From Dehalococcoidia bacterium (GTDB taxonomy: Bacteria; Chloroflexota; Dehalococcoidia; UBA2979), in assembly GCA_964291495.2 (NCBI GenBank), contig OZ219874.1:32001-96000 (forward strand): a DNA stretch of 64,000 nt. The letters run 5' to 3'. The translations under genes and the position numbers were made by a program. The notes beneath the pieces were generated by a model, which worked only from the letters and a program-made list of their open reading frames with translations, searched no databases and had not been told where the DNA came from. Of this stretch, positions 40,533-51,012 are shown in pieces. Within the stretch, counting starts at the first letter, position 1, and each line of letters starts with the position of its first letter.

Positions 40533-40929
40533 GGCCAGGGGGCCTGTAAGCCGAATTCTGTACCGCCCTCGCAACGAGGGCGGCGACGGCCATCCATCTA
40601 GGACGGCGGTTGCCCGCCGCCTCCAGCGGCCTACCCGGGAGCGGAGCCGGACGCCCCTGCCGTGCAAGGCACGGCGCGCTCCCCTATTTGGCCTTGCTCC
40701 GGGCGGGGTTTGCCCGGCCGCCCCGTCTCCGGGACGCCGGTGCGCTCTTACCGCACCATTTCACCCTTACCGCCGGAGCCGAGGCCCGCGACGGCGGTAT
40801 GTTTCTGTGGCACTTTCCGTCGGCTCGCGCCGCCCGGCCGTTAGCCGGCGCCCTGTCCGGAGGAGTTCGGACTTTCCTCCCGCGGCTCGCCCGAGGGCGT
40901 TCCGCCGGCGGCCGTCCGGCCCCCTGGCC
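40533..40929 (-). ncRNA. rnpB: RNase P RNA (type A)
   Basis: Reverse complement has GAGGAAAGTCCGAACTCC, GCCACAGAAA, GGGTGAAATGGTGCGGTAAGAGCGCACC, ACAGAATTCGGCTTACAG; P1 GGCCAGGGG pairing. Confidence 0.97.
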
Positions 40930-40939
40930 ACCGTCGATC

Positions 40940-42019
40940 CTACTCCCCGGCGCCCGCCGACCGCGACATCACGTGCAGATCGTCCGCCGGCAGCTCCACC
41001 ACCCAGCGCTCCCGGCTCGCCACGCCGAGGATCTCGTACGGCCTCGAGGCCACCTCGACGGCGATCGGCGGGCCAGCGCCCTCTGGCTTGAGGTGCAGCG
41101 TGTGCGTGTTGCCGAACGCGAGCTCGTCGACGACGCGCGCGACGAAGCAGTTCTCCGGCAAGCCCCCGTCCGGATCAAGCCGGCGCAGCACCACGCGCTC
41201 GGCGCGGATCGCGACGTCGACCGCCTCCGCCTCGGCCGTTTCCGGCGGCAGCGCGGCGCGCAGCGGCAGGCCGGAGACGACCACGCCGTCACCGCGGCGC
41301 TCCCCCTCGAAGATGTTGGAGAAGCCGGTCAGCTCCGCGACGAGCCGCGAGGCGGGCCGCCGGAACACCTCGTCGCGCGGGCCAAACTGCAGCACCCGTC
41401 CCTCGTCGAGGACGGCGATGCGGTCGGCGAGCAGATGCGCCTCGCGCAGGTCGTGCGTCACAAAGACGATCGAGAGCCGCATCTCGCGGCGCAGGCGCAG
41501 CAGCTCCGCCCGCAGGTCGGCGCGCAGCGCCTCGTCGAGTGCCGAGAACGGCTCGTCGAGCAGCAGCACGTCGGCATGGCGCACGAGCGCCCGCGCGAGG
41601 GAGGCCCGCTGCTGCTGTCCGCCCGAGAGCTGGTGCGGCCGCCGGCCGTCGAGCCCCTCGATCGAGAGCAGGCGCAGCAGCTCCTCGTAGCGCCCGGGCG
41701 CGTCGACATCGCGTTCGAGCCCGATCAGCACGTTGCGGCGCAGATCGAGGTGCGGGAACAGCGTCGGCTCCTGCACGACGTAGCCGCTGCGCCGCTCCTG
41801 CGGCGGGAGATCGACGCCCGCCTCCGCGTCGAAGACGGTGCGCCCGCCGATCTCGATGCGGCCGCCGCGAGGCCGCAGCAGGCCCGCGATCGCACGCAGC
41901 GTCAGGCTCTTGCCGGAGCCCGAGCGTCCGTAGAGCACCACCAGCTCGTCGTCGGCCTCGAGGGCGACCGCGAGGTCGAAGTCGCCGACGCGCGCCTCGA
42001 AGCGCGCGCGCAGCGTCAT
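40940..42019 (-). CDS. modC: Molybdate ABC transporter ATPase
   Basis: GRSGSGKS, LSGGQQQR, LLLDEP. Confidence 0.88.
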   Translation of the reverse strand: MTLRARFEARVGDFDLAVALEADDELVVLYGRSGSGKSLTLRAIAGLLRPRGGRIEIGGRTVFDAEAGVDLPPQERRSGYVVQEPTLFPHLDLRRNVLIGLERDVDAPGRYEELLRLLSIEGLDGRRPHQLSGGQQQRASLARALVRHADVLLLDEPFSALDEALRADLRAELLRLRREMRLSIVFVTHDLREAHLLADRIAVLDEGRVLQFGPRDEVFRRPASRLVAELTGFSNIFEGERRGDGVVVSGLPLRAALPPETAEAEAVDVAIRAERVVLRRLDPDGGLPENCFVARVVDELAFGNTHTLHLKPEGAGPPIAVEVASRPYEILGVASRERWVVELPADDLHVMSRSAGAGE

Positions 42020-42813
42020 CGGTACGCCCCCGCCGTCGCGGTCACGCGGTGCAGCGCGATCAGCAGCACGGCCGCGAAGCCGAGCAGCACGACCGAGAGC
42101 GAGACGGCGCCCGCGATGCCGGCCTCGGACTCGAAGGCGGCGAGGATGGCGAGCGGCATCGTCTGCGTCTTGCCCGGCAGCGAGCCCGCGAAGAGCAGCG
42201 TCGCACCCAGCTCGCCGAGCGCGCGCGCCCAGCAGAGCACCGCGCCGCCGGCCAGCGAGGGCCAGACGAGCGGCAGCGTCACGCTGCGGAAGGTGCGCCA
42301 GCGCGAGAGTCCGAGGGTGTAGGCGACACCCTCGAAGCGCGGGTCGGCGCCGCTGAAGCCGGCGTAGGCGGAGCGCACGTAGAACGGCGCGGAGACGAAG
42401 AGCTGCGCCAGCACCACCGCCGCGGTAGTGAAGGAGAGCGAGAGGCCGACTCCGCCGAGCGTCTCGCCGAGGTAGCCGCTGCGCCCGAACGCGGAGAGCA
42501 GCGCGATGCCCGCGACCGTCGGCGGCAGCACCAGCGGCAGATCGAGCAGCGCCGCGGCAAGGCGGGCCGCCCTCGCGCGGCTGCGTGCGAGCAGCCAGGC
42601 GAGCGGTGTGCCGAGCAGCACGGTGATCGCGAGGCTGATCGTGGCGGTGACCAGCGAGAGGCGCAGCGCGTCCCAGGTCGCCCCCGAACCGAGCTCGGCG
42701 GCGACGTCTCCGTCGCTCAGCGCGCGCCAGACGAGGCCGGCCAACGGCAGAAGCAGCAGCAGCGCGAGCAGGGCCGCCGCCACGGCCAGCGCGATCGAGA
42801 CGCCGCGGCTCAT
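42016..42813 (-). CDS. modB: Molybdate ABC transporter permease
   Basis: DLPLVLPPTVAG, ARALGELGAT...GKTQTMPL. Confidence 0.92.
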   Translation of the reverse strand: MSRGVSIALAVAAALLALLLLLPLAGLVWRALSDGDVAAELGSGATWDALRLSLVTATISLAITVLLGTPLAWLLARSRARAARLAAALLDLPLVLPPTVAGIALLSAFGRSGYLGETLGGVGLSLSFTTAAVVLAQLFVSAPFYVRSAYAGFSGADPRFEGVAYTLGLSRWRTFRSVTLPLVWPSLAGGAVLCWARALGELGATLLFAGSLPGKTQTMPLAILAAFESEAGIAGAVSLSVVLLGFAAVLLIALHRVTATAGAYR

Positions 42814-43625
42814 CGCGCCTGCACCCCGGCGACGCTGGGCAGGAACCCATAGAGGCCGAAGATCGCCTGCGCGTTCGGTGACAGCAGCCAGGCGAGCAGT
42901 TCCTCGGCCGCCGGGTCGGCGTCCTCGATCAGCACTGCCACGTACTCGTTCGGCGGGGTCTGCGGCGGCAGGAGGATCGCGCGCAGACCGTCGCTGACGG
43001 CGACGTCCGAGGCGTAGACGAAGGCCGCGTCGGCCTCGCCCAGCTCGATCCGCGAGAGCACGATCCGCACGCTTGGGTCCTCCGTCGCGATCTTGTCGCG
43101 CAACGCTTGCGCGGTCTCCGGCTGCTGCTGCGCGACCCACGCGAGGGCGATCCGCGAGAGCAGGCCCACAGGCACCGAGGGCGCGCCGACGGCGATCCGC
43201 ACGTCCGCCAGCGCGAGATCGCGCAGGCTGCGCCACGGCGCATCCTCGGGAACGGCGACGACGAGCAGGTTCGCCGTCACCACCGTGGGCCGTGAGGCGA
43301 GGCCGGCGTCGAGCAGGCGCGCCGCCTGCAGCGGATTGGCGGAGATGAAGAGATCGTCGCCCGCTCCTTCCGCGATCTGGGAGGCGAGCACCTGCGAGCC
43401 GGCGAAGCGCAACTCGACCTCGACGCCGGGGTAGGCGCGCTCGAAGCCCTCGACGATGTCGGGCAGGACGTGGCGCAACGAGGACGCCGCGGCGATCGTG
43501 ACGGTCGGCTCACGGTCGCCGTTCCCGCAGCCGCCGAGCAGCAGCGCGAGGACAGCGAGGAGCGCGAGCGCCGGGAAGAAAGCGCGGAGGCGCCGTGATG
43601 GCGAGAGTCGGCAGGCCGCGCGCAT
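42810..43625 (-). CDS. modA: Molybdate-binding lipoprotein
   Basis: LGGC lipobox, AAASSL, FAGS..LA.QI..GA..DLFISA. Confidence 0.92.
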   Translation of the reverse strand: MRAACRLSPSRRLRAFFPALALLAVLALLLGGCGNGDREPTVTIAAASSLRHVLPDIVEGFERAYPGVEVELRFAGSQVLASQIAEGAGDDLFISANPLQAARLLDAGLASRPTVVTANLLVVAVPEDAPWRSLRDLALADVRIAVGAPSVPVGLLSRIALAWVAQQQPETAQALRDKIATEDPSVRIVLSRIELGEADAAFVYASDVAVSDGLRAILLPPQTPPNEYVAVLIEDADPAAEELLAWLLSPNAQAIFGLYGFLPSVAGVQAR

Positions 43626-43781
43626 TCCGCCCAGGGCTCCCCGCAGTCCGCGCCGCCCTGCATGGTCTCAGAACGCCGCCGCGCCTCCGAGTATATTCCG
43701 CGGCGCACCCGGTGCTACGATCATCGCCTGCCCGCTACGTGGGCAGCGTCACTACAGCAGACACCGCCGCGGAGACCCGTC

Positions 43782-44336
43782 GTGCACTTCAACGTCGCCA
43801 CGCTGCTGCAGGAACCGGTCGGAAGCCGCCGCGACGGACATCTCGATGGCGAGGCGATGCACGTGGCGGCGGTGGGCTGGACCGCTCTCGCGAGTGGCGA
43901 GGTGCGGCTGCTGCGCTCGACGCGCGGCGTGCTGGTGCACGCACGCCTCGAGACGGCCCCGCTTGTCGAGTGTGCGCGTTGCCTCGAGCCGTTTCGGCAG
44001 GCGCTCTCGCTGACCATCGACGAGGAGTTCGTCGCACCGTACGACCTGCTGACCGGCGAGGCGGTGGAGACGATCGACGAGGACGACTTCCGGATCGACG
44101 AGCAGCACCATCTCGATCTCAGCGAGGCAGTCCGGCAGTATGAACAGACGGCGATCCCGATCCAGCCGATCTGCCGTTCCGCCTGCGCCGGGCTGTGCGC
44201 GGAGTGCGGGAGCAATCGCAACCTCGCTTCCTGCGAGTGCGCGGAGGCAGTCGCGGCGGGCCCGTGGGACGCGCTGAGCGCGCTGAGCGAGCGGCTGCAC
44301 GCCACGGAGGAGCACGATGGCGCTACCGAAACGTAG
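43782..44336 (+). CDS. yceD: DUF177/YceD family protein
   Basis: ECARCLE, C.S.CAGLCAECG.N.N; upstream of rpmF. Confidence 0.88.
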   Translation: MHFNVATLLQEPVGSRRDGHLDGEAMHVAAVGWTALASGEVRLLRSTRGVLVHARLETAPLVECARCLEPFRQALSLTIDEEFVAPYDLLTGEAVETIDEDDFRIDEQHHLDLSEAVRQYEQTAIPIQPICRSACAGLCAECGSNRNLASCECAEAVAAGPWDALSALSERLHATEEHDGATET

Positions 44337-44526
44337 GACCCCGAAGGCGAAGCAGCGGCAGCGGCGCAGCCACCACCGGATCAACACGCCGCACCTCGTG
44401 CGCTGCACGACCTGCAACTCCTGGCACGTCAGCCATCACGTGTGCGAGGTTTGCGAGGTTGACTACAATGACGCCGCCGGAGCGGCCCCGGTCGCCGAGG
44501 CCGAAGACGCCGACGACGAGGAGTAG
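44317..44526 (+). CDS. rpmF: 50S ribosomal protein L32
   Basis: MALPKRRTPK...RRSH, CxxC...HHVCxxC, acidic tail. Confidence 0.92.
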   Translation: MALPKRRTPKAKQRQRRSHHRINTPHLVRCTTCNSWHVSHHVCEVCEVDYNDAAGAAPVAEAEDADDEE

Positions 44527-44586
44527 CCTCCAGCCGGACTCCGCGCGGTTCGGCCCGAGGCACACCGAACAACCCGCGGAGCGCCG

Positions 44587-45549
44587 ATGACCCCCATCAC
44601 CATCCCCGAACTGCCCGCCGCCTCCGACGCCGCCAGCGCCTGGCTCTTCCCCGGACAGGGCGCCCAGCACGTCGGCATGGGCCAGGACCTCGCCGAGGAG
44701 ATCCCCGCCGCCCGCGCCGTCTTCGAGGCAGCCGACGAAGCGCTCGGCTTCTCGCTCTCCACGCTCTGCTTCGAGGGTCCCGAGGACGAACTGCTGCGCA
44801 CGGTCAACACGCAGCCGGCGCTCGTCGCGCACGGCATCGCCGCGCTCGCGGCTGCGATCGACCAGGGCAGCATCAGCGAGGCGCCCACCCTCCTGGCCGG
44901 CCACTCGCTGGGCGAGTACGCCGCGCTGATCGCCGCGGGCGCGATCGGCTTCGAGGACGGCATCAGGCTGGTGCGCGAGCGCGGGCGGTTGATGCAAGAG
45001 GCGTGCGACGCGCAGGCCGGCACGATGGCAGCCATCCTCGGCCTCGATCGCGACACGCTGGAGCCGATCTGCGCCCACCACGGCGCCGCCGTCTGCAACG
45101 AGAACGCTGCCGGCAACATCAGCATCGGTGGGACCGCCGAGGCGGTCGCCGCCGCGAGCGAGGCGGCCACGGAGGCGGGCGCCTCGCGCGTGGTGCCGCT
45201 CAGGGTCGCCGGAGCCTTCCACACGCCGCTGATGGCGAGCGCCGCCGAGGGCATGGCCTCCGTCCTCGATGCCGCGCCCTTCACGGACCCCGGGACGCCG
45301 GTCGTCTCAAACGTGACGGCGCAGCCGCTCACGGCGGGTGACGCCCTCGCCGGCGAGCTGCGCGACCAGATCACGAGCCCCGTGCTCTGGCTGGACTCGC
45401 TGCGCACGATGCTCGGCGCGGGTGTGAGCTCGTTCGTGGAGTTCGGGCCGGGCCGGGTGCTGACCGGGACCGTCGGCCGGACCGATCGTTCGGCCGCCGT
45501 GCGGAACGTCGCGACGGCCTCCGACGCGCGCGGCGGGGACGAGGAGTAG
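44587..45549 (+). CDS. fabD: ACP S-malonyltransferase
   Basis: FPGQGAQ, GHSLGEY, GAFHT. Confidence 0.95.
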   Translation: MTPITIPELPAASDAASAWLFPGQGAQHVGMGQDLAEEIPAARAVFEAADEALGFSLSTLCFEGPEDELLRTVNTQPALVAHGIAALAAAIDQGSISEAPTLLAGHSLGEYAALIAAGAIGFEDGIRLVRERGRLMQEACDAQAGTMAAILGLDRDTLEPICAHHGAAVCNENAAGNISIGGTAEAVAAASEAATEAGASRVVPLRVAGAFHTPLMASAAEGMASVLDAAPFTDPGTPVVSNVTAQPLTAGDALAGELRDQITSPVLWLDSLRTMLGAGVSSFVEFGPGRVLTGTVGRTDRSAAVRNVATASDARGGDEE

Positions 45550-45553
45550 CAGC

Positions 45554-46321
45554 ATGGTCGCCCAGGCGAGCGCGAGGCCGTTGCTGGGACGTAACGCAGC
45601 CGTCACCGGCGGCGCGCGCGGCATCGGCCGGGCGATCGCGATGGAACTGGGCCGCCAGGGCGCCAACGTGATCATCACCTACCGGCGCGAGGAGCACCTC
45701 GCGAGCGCCGTGGCCGGCGACATCCGGGCGCTCGGCGTGAGCTGCAACGCCGTGCACGTGGACGTGCGCAACCAGGACGATCTCGAGGCGTTGTTCGAGG
45801 AGGGACGGCAGCGCTACGGCAAGATCGACATCCTCGTCAACAACGCCGGCGTCACCGAGGACGGCCTCGTCGTGCGCATGAGCGACGACTCATGGGATCG
45901 CGTCATCGAGACGAACCTGCGCGGGGCCTTCCTCGCGACGCGGCTGGCGCTGCGCCAGATGACGCGGGCGCGCTGGGGCCGGGTGATCAACATCACCTCC
46001 GTCTCCGGGATCATGGGCAACGCCGGGCAGGCCAACTACGCCGCCGCCAAGGCGGGCATGATCGGCTTCACGCGCGCCGTGGCTCGCGAGGTCGCCTCGC
46101 GCCAGGTCACGGTCAACGCGGTCGCCCCCGGCTTCGTGCACACGGACCTCACGGCAGGGCTCAGCGACAACCAGAAGCAGGCGATCCTCGACTTGATTCC
46201 GCTCGGTCGCCACGCCGAGCCCGAGGACATCGCCCCGCTCGTCGCCTTCCTCGCCTCGGACGCCGCGGGCTACATCACCGGCCAGACGCTGCACGTCGAC
46301 GGCGGCCTGGTGATGCAGTAG
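45554..46321 (+). CDS. fabG: 3-oxoacyl-ACP reductase
   Basis: TGGARGIG, NNAG, GNAGQANYAAAK. Confidence 0.93.
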   Translation: MVAQASARPLLGRNAAVTGGARGIGRAIAMELGRQGANVIITYRREEHLASAVAGDIRALGVSCNAVHVDVRNQDDLEALFEEGRQRYGKIDILVNNAGVTEDGLVVRMSDDSWDRVIETNLRGAFLATRLALRQMTRARWGRVINITSVSGIMGNAGQANYAAAKAGMIGFTRAVAREVASRQVTVNAVAPGFVHTDLTAGLSDNQKQAILDLIPLGRHAEPEDIAPLVAFLASDAAGYITGQTLHVDGGLVMQ

Positions 46322-46327
46322 CGGGCA

Positions 46328-46792
46328 ATGCCGCCCGGCTCGCGCCGCCGCTCCCGCATCGTCGCCTTCCAGGTGCTCTACGAGGCGGACCAGTCCGGCC
46401 ACGACACGCAGCGCATCCTCGAACGGCAGCTCGACGAATCGCGGCTCGCCGCGGAGGCCGCTGCCTTCACCCGCTCGCTCGTCGAGGGCGTCGAGGCGCA
46501 CCGCGAGGCGCTGGACGAACGGATTGCCGCGCAGGCGCCGGCCTTCCCGCTCTCCTCGATGGCGCCGATCGACCGCAATCTGCTACGCCTTGCCCTCTTC
46601 GAGATATGCTTCGATAATCGCCGTGCTCCGCTGCCGGTCGTGATCAACGAGGCCGTGGAGCTGGCCAAGGGATACGGCTCGGAGTCATCCGGGCGCTTCG
46701 TCCACGGGGTGCTCGGAGCCATCGCAGCGGATGCTGCGGACCACGAGGCGACGACCAACGAGCACGCCGGGCGCTCCGCCGGACCCGACTGA
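46328..46792 (+). CDS. nusB: Transcription antitermination factor NusB
   Basis: RRRSR..AFQVLYE, DRNLLRLA, INEAVELAK.YG. Confidence 0.95.
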   Translation: MPPGSRRRSRIVAFQVLYEADQSGHDTQRILERQLDESRLAAEAAAFTRSLVEGVEAHREALDERIAAQAPAFPLSSMAPIDRNLLRLALFEICFDNRRAPLPVVINEAVELAKGYGSESSGRFVHGVLGAIAADAADHEATTNEHAGRSAGPD

Positions 46793-46828
46793 GCCGGCGC
46801 CCGCCCCCAGACCGAGAGGACCGCACCG

Positions 46829-47089
46829 GTGGCAACCACGTACGAGCGCGTTCGCGCCCTGATCGTCGAGCAACTCGGCGTCGACGAGTCCCAGGTGACT
46901 CCCAACGCCTCCTTCGTCGATGACCTGAACGCCGACTCACTCGACCTCGTCGAGCTGATCATGTCGATGGAGGAGGAGTTCTCCGCCGACGGCACGGACA
47001 TCGAGATCTCCGACGAGGACGCCGAGAAGATCCAGAGCGTCCAGGACGCCCTCGACTACCTGCACGACCTCGGCATCGAGGACGACTAG
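46829..47089 (+). CDS. acpP: Acyl carrier protein
   Basis: [12 protein letters not shown]. Confidence 0.96.
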   Translation: MATTYERVRALIVEQLGVDESQVTPNASFVDDLNADSLDLVELIMSMEEEFSADGTDIEISDEDAEKIQSVQDALDYLHDLGIEDD

Positions 47090-47191
47090 CCCGCGCCGCC
47101 CGCGGGCGGCGTCCGCGCTGCGCAGCAGCCAAGGCCCGTCGGCGCGCCGCGGTAATCCGCGCGCGGCGGCACGGCGTACTATCCTGTAGAC

Positions 47192-47635
47192 ATGGAACTC
47201 CTGGGCGTCGGAGTTGCCGAGGCGTTCGTGGTCCTCGTGATCTCGCTGATCGTCGTCGGCCCGCAGCGCTTCCCCGAGATCGCTCGCCAGGGCGGGCGCT
47301 ACTTCCGCATGGCCCGGCGCTACGCCGCCGAGGTCACCGCCGACGTGCGCGGCGCGATGAAGGAGCTTGAGGCCGAGGTCGAGGAGCAGCGGGAGGAACT
47401 GCTGGCCGCCCAGGAGGACATCTCGACGGGCATCAGCACCTCGATCGAGGAGACCCGCAGCGACCTCCGCGACATCGGGCGCGAGACGCAAGAAGCGTTG
47501 CGGGACGCGCCGACGGCGCAGGCAGAGGCGGAGAGCGAGCCGGACCCGTCCGGCAACGGGGCGTCGCCGCCCGCAGCGGCAAGCGGGTTGCTGACGCCTC
47601 GCGAGCTGCCTGCCGGCGACGGCGAGAGCGACTAG
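47192..47635 (+). CDS. tatB: TatA/TatB family translocase subunit
   Basis: N-terminal TM, VVGPQRFPEIAR; precedes tatC. Confidence 0.8.
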   Translation: MELLGVGVAEAFVVLVISLIVVGPQRFPEIARQGGRYFRMARRYAAEVTADVRGAMKELEAEVEEQREELLAAQEDISTGISTSIEETRSDLRDIGRETQEALRDAPTAQAEAESEPDPSGNGASPPAAASGLLTPRELPAGDGESD

Positions 47636-47641
47636 CCGGCC

Positions 47642-48451
47642 GTGACCAGCGCTCCGACCGACGAGCACATCCCACCTGACCCGGACGCCGAGGAGGATCT
47701 CGACGCCGAAGAGGAGGGGCGCGAGGGCGGAGAGATGACCCTGCTGGGTCACCTCCTGGAGCTGCGCACCCGCGTCACCTGGATGGCAGGCGCGGTCATT
47801 GTCGGCATGTGCATCTTCTTCCCGCCGCCCGTCAACTTCGCGATCTGGGAGTTCCTGCTCGAACCGGCGCGGGCGCGCGTCGAGAACTTCGAGGCGCAGG
47901 CGATCGAGCCGCTGGAGAACCTCGGCGTCTACTTCCGCATCGCCCTCGCCTGCGGCCTCGCCGTGGCGATGCCGATGCTCGTCTACCAGACCATGCGCTT
48001 CGTGGCCCCGGCGCTCACGAAGCAGGAGAAGCGCTGGATCTACCCGATCGCCCTCGGCGCCTCGTTCGCCTTCCTCGCGGGCATGGCCTTCGCCTACTTC
48101 GTCGTGCTGCCGGCCGCCTACGGCTTCCTCTTCCAGTTCGGGAGCGACCTCGCGTCCGCGAACCCGCGGATCAGCAGCTACATGGACCTCACGCTGCGGC
48201 TGATCGTGATCCTCGGCTTCGTGTTCGAGATGCCGATTCTGATCATGGGTCTCGCGCGGATCCGAGTCGTGCACTGGCGCAAGCTGCTCGGCTGGTGGCG
48301 CATCGCGATCATCGGCGCGTTCGTCGTCTCGGCGATCGCGACGCCGACGATCGACCCGGTGACGCAATCGCTGGTGGCGGGGCCGATGATCGTCCTCTAC
48401 ATGCTCGGCATCGGCCTCGCCTGGATCGTACGCCCCAGGGCCGAGGAATAG
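47642..48451 (+). CDS. tatC: Tat translocase TatC
   Basis: MTLLGHLLELR, FVAPAL...EKR, FEMP, TPTIDP. Confidence 0.95.
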   Translation: MTSAPTDEHIPPDPDAEEDLDAEEEGREGGEMTLLGHLLELRTRVTWMAGAVIVGMCIFFPPPVNFAIWEFLLEPARARVENFEAQAIEPLENLGVYFRIALACGLAVAMPMLVYQTMRFVAPALTKQEKRWIYPIALGASFAFLAGMAFAYFVVLPAAYGFLFQFGSDLASANPRISSYMDLTLRLIVILGFVFEMPILIMGLARIRVVHWRKLLGWWRIAIIGAFVVSAIATPTIDPVTQSLVAGPMIVLYMLGIGLAWIVRPRAEE

Positions 48452-48526
48452 CCGCGCCGCGCGCCAGACCGATCAGCTGCATATGCAGCGCTACCGTTTC
48501 CACCGGCGTGCTACGATAGGCCGCAG

Positions 48527-49219
48527 ATGAGCGACGCCACCGGCAGTCCGTCCCGAGCGGCCAGCCCCGCCCTGCTCGCCCTCTACGAGGAGATCGCAGA
48601 CTGCCCGGCCTGCGAGCTGGCCCGCAACCGCACGCAGACCGTGCCCGGCGTCGGCCCCGCCCCCGCCGAGGTGATGTGCATCGGCGAGGCGCCCGGGGCA
48701 CGCGAGGACGAACAGGGCCTCCCCTTCGTCGGGCCGGCCGGCCGCTTCCTCGATCAGTTGCTCGGCGGCGTCGGGCTCTCGCGGGAGACGGTGCACATCG
48801 CCAACGTCGTGAAGTGTCGCCCGCCGGGCAATCGCGATCCGCTGCCCGAGGAGATCGCGGCCTGCAACCCGTTCCTCGAGCGCCAGATCGCGATCGTCGA
48901 CCCGCTGCTGATCGTGACACTCGGACGCTTCTCGATGTCCCGCTGGTTCCCGGGCGCCTCGATCAGCCGCATCCACGGCCGCCCCAAGCGCTTCGGCGGG
49001 CGCACCGTGCTGCCGATGTACCACCCGGCCGCCGCGCTGCATCGCGGCGACCTGCGGCCGGTGATCGAAGCTGACTTCGCCCTCATACCCGAGCTGCTCG
49101 AGCAGGCGCGCAACGAGGGCGCGCGCGAGCCCGGCGCAGCCACGGAGCCGTCCACGCCCTTCGCACCCGTCGCCGCGGCCGCTGCCCCTCCGTCCGCGGA
49201 ACAGCGCTCGCTGCTGTGA
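48527..49219 (+). CDS. Uracil-DNA glycosylase family 4
   Basis: CxxC, IGEAPG..ED..G.PFVG, KCRPP.NR, YHPAA. Confidence 0.93.
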   Translation: MSDATGSPSRAASPALLALYEEIADCPACELARNRTQTVPGVGPAPAEVMCIGEAPGAREDEQGLPFVGPAGRFLDQLLGGVGLSRETVHIANVVKCRPPGNRDPLPEEIAACNPFLERQIAIVDPLLIVTLGRFSMSRWFPGASISRIHGRPKRFGGRTVLPMYHPAAALHRGDLRPVIEADFALIPELLEQARNEGAREPGAATEPSTPFAPVAAAAAPPSAEQRSLL

Positions 49220-50949
49220 GCGCGCGCAACGGGGCGACCCTGCGGGTCATCCCCCTCGGCGGACTCGGCGAGATCGGCCGCAACATGATGCTCTACGAGC
49301 AGGGCGACGACGTGATCGCCGTCGATGTCGGGCTGATGTTCCCCGAGGAGCACATGCCCGGCGTCGACCTCGTGATCCCGGACCTGCGCTACCTGCTGCG
49401 CAACCCCGAGCGGCTGCGCGCCGTCTTCCTCACGCACGGCCACGAGGACCACATCGGCGCGCTGCCCTTCCTGATGCGCGCGCTGCGCGACCACGGCGAG
49501 CCGCTGCCGCCCGTCTTCTGCACCCAGCTCACGCGCGGCCTCGTGCAGGTCAAGCTGCGCGAGCACGGTCTGCTCGACGAGACGCACGTCCAGGTCATCG
49601 AGCCGGGACAGACGATCGAGGCCGGCTCGTTCTCCGTCGAGCCCTTCGCCGTCTCCCACTCCATCCCCGACTCCGTGGGGTTCATCATCCACACCCCGCT
49701 CGGCCCGGTCGTGCACACCGGCGACTTCAAGATCGACCACACGCCGGTCATGGGGCAGCACACCGACCTCACGCGCCTCGCCGAGGTCGGCCGCGAGGGC
49801 GTCGTGTTGCTCGCGGCGGACTCGACCTACGCGGAGATCGAGGGGCACACGCCCTCCGAGCAGACGGTCGCCGACGCGCTCGATCGCGTGATCGGGGAGG
49901 CGCCGGGGCGGGTCATCGTCGCGACCTTCGCCTCGCTGATCTCGCGCGTGCAGATGGTGATCGACGCCGCCGAGCGCTACGACCTGCGCGTCTTCGTCAC
50001 GGGACGCTCGATGGTCAACAACGTGCAGATGGCGCGTGAGCTCGGCTACCTCGACGTGCCCGACGGCATCCTGATGAACGTGCGCGAGATGCAGGAGCAC
50101 CCGGACTCGCGCACCGTCGTGATCAGCACCGGCGCGCAGGGCGAGCCGACCGCAGCCCTCACCCGCATGGCGAACGGCGACCACCGGCACATCGCGATCA
50201 CCGAGGGCGACACCGTCGTCCTCTCCTCGAACCCGATCCCCGGGAACGAGGCGCTCGTGGACCGCAACATCGACAACCTCTTCCGGGCCGGAGCGCGCGT
50301 GGTCTACAACCGCATCGCGCCCGTCCACGTGCGCGGCCACGCGGCGCGCGAGGAGCTGAAGATCATCCACCGCCTCGTGCAGCCCAGGCACTTCGTGGGG
50401 ATCCATGGCGAGCACCGTCACCTGGTGATGCACCGCGACCTCGCCGTCGACCTCGGGATCGACGAGGACGACGCCTTCGTCCTCAGCGACGGCGACGTGC
50501 TGGAGATCAGCGAGGACGGCGCCGCGATCGCCGACGTGGTGGCGGCCGATTATGTCTACGTGGACGGCATCGGCATCGGCGACATCGACCACATCGTGCT
50601 GCGCGACCGGCGCCGGCTCGCCTCGGACGGGATGTGCGTGGTCGTCGTCGCCGTCGACCGCCGGCGCGGCGAGCTCGTCGGCGTCCCGCAGGTGCTGCTG
50701 CACGGCTTCGTGGGCCCCGAGGAGGAGGAACTGATCACCGAGCGCGTCTGCCAACTGGTCGCCAACCTCGCCGGCGGCGAGGGGGGGCGTTTCGACTGGA
50801 CGGACTGGCGTGAGACACTGGAGGACGAGGTGGCTCGCCTCCTCTATCGCGAGACGCACCGGCGGCCCGTCGTGCTGCCGGTGACCGTGGATGCGCCCTC
50901 CGGTGAACGGAACGGCGCACTGCAACGGAGCGCAGCGACGGAGGAGTGA
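49216..50949 (+). CDS. rnj: Ribonuclease J
   Basis: PLGGLGEIGRN, THGHEDHIG, HTGDFK. Confidence 0.95.
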   Translation: MSARNGATLRVIPLGGLGEIGRNMMLYEQGDDVIAVDVGLMFPEEHMPGVDLVIPDLRYLLRNPERLRAVFLTHGHEDHIGALPFLMRALRDHGEPLPPVFCTQLTRGLVQVKLREHGLLDETHVQVIEPGQTIEAGSFSVEPFAVSHSIPDSVGFIIHTPLGPVVHTGDFKIDHTPVMGQHTDLTRLAEVGREGVVLLAADSTYAEIEGHTPSEQTVADALDRVIGEAPGRVIVATFASLISRVQMVIDAAERYDLRVFVTGRSMVNNVQMARELGYLDVPDGILMNVREMQEHPDSRTVVISTGAQGEPTAALTRMANGDHRHIAITEGDTVVLSSNPIPGNEALVDRNIDNLFRAGARVVYNRIAPVHVRGHAAREELKIIHRLVQPRHFVGIHGEHRHLVMHRDLAVDLGIDEDDAFVLSDGDVLEISEDGAAIADVVAADYVYVDGIGIGDIDHIVLRDRRRLASDGMCVVVVAVDRRRGELVGVPQVLLHGFVGPEEEELITERVCQLVANLAGGEGGRFDWTDWRETLEDEVARLLYRETHRRPVVLPVTVDAPSGERNGALQRSAATEE

Positions 50950-51012
50950 GCAGAGCCCTCGAACCGGCCCGCTTGCTTGGCGGGGGGGCGGTCCGGTTGA
51001 AGGAGCGGAGCG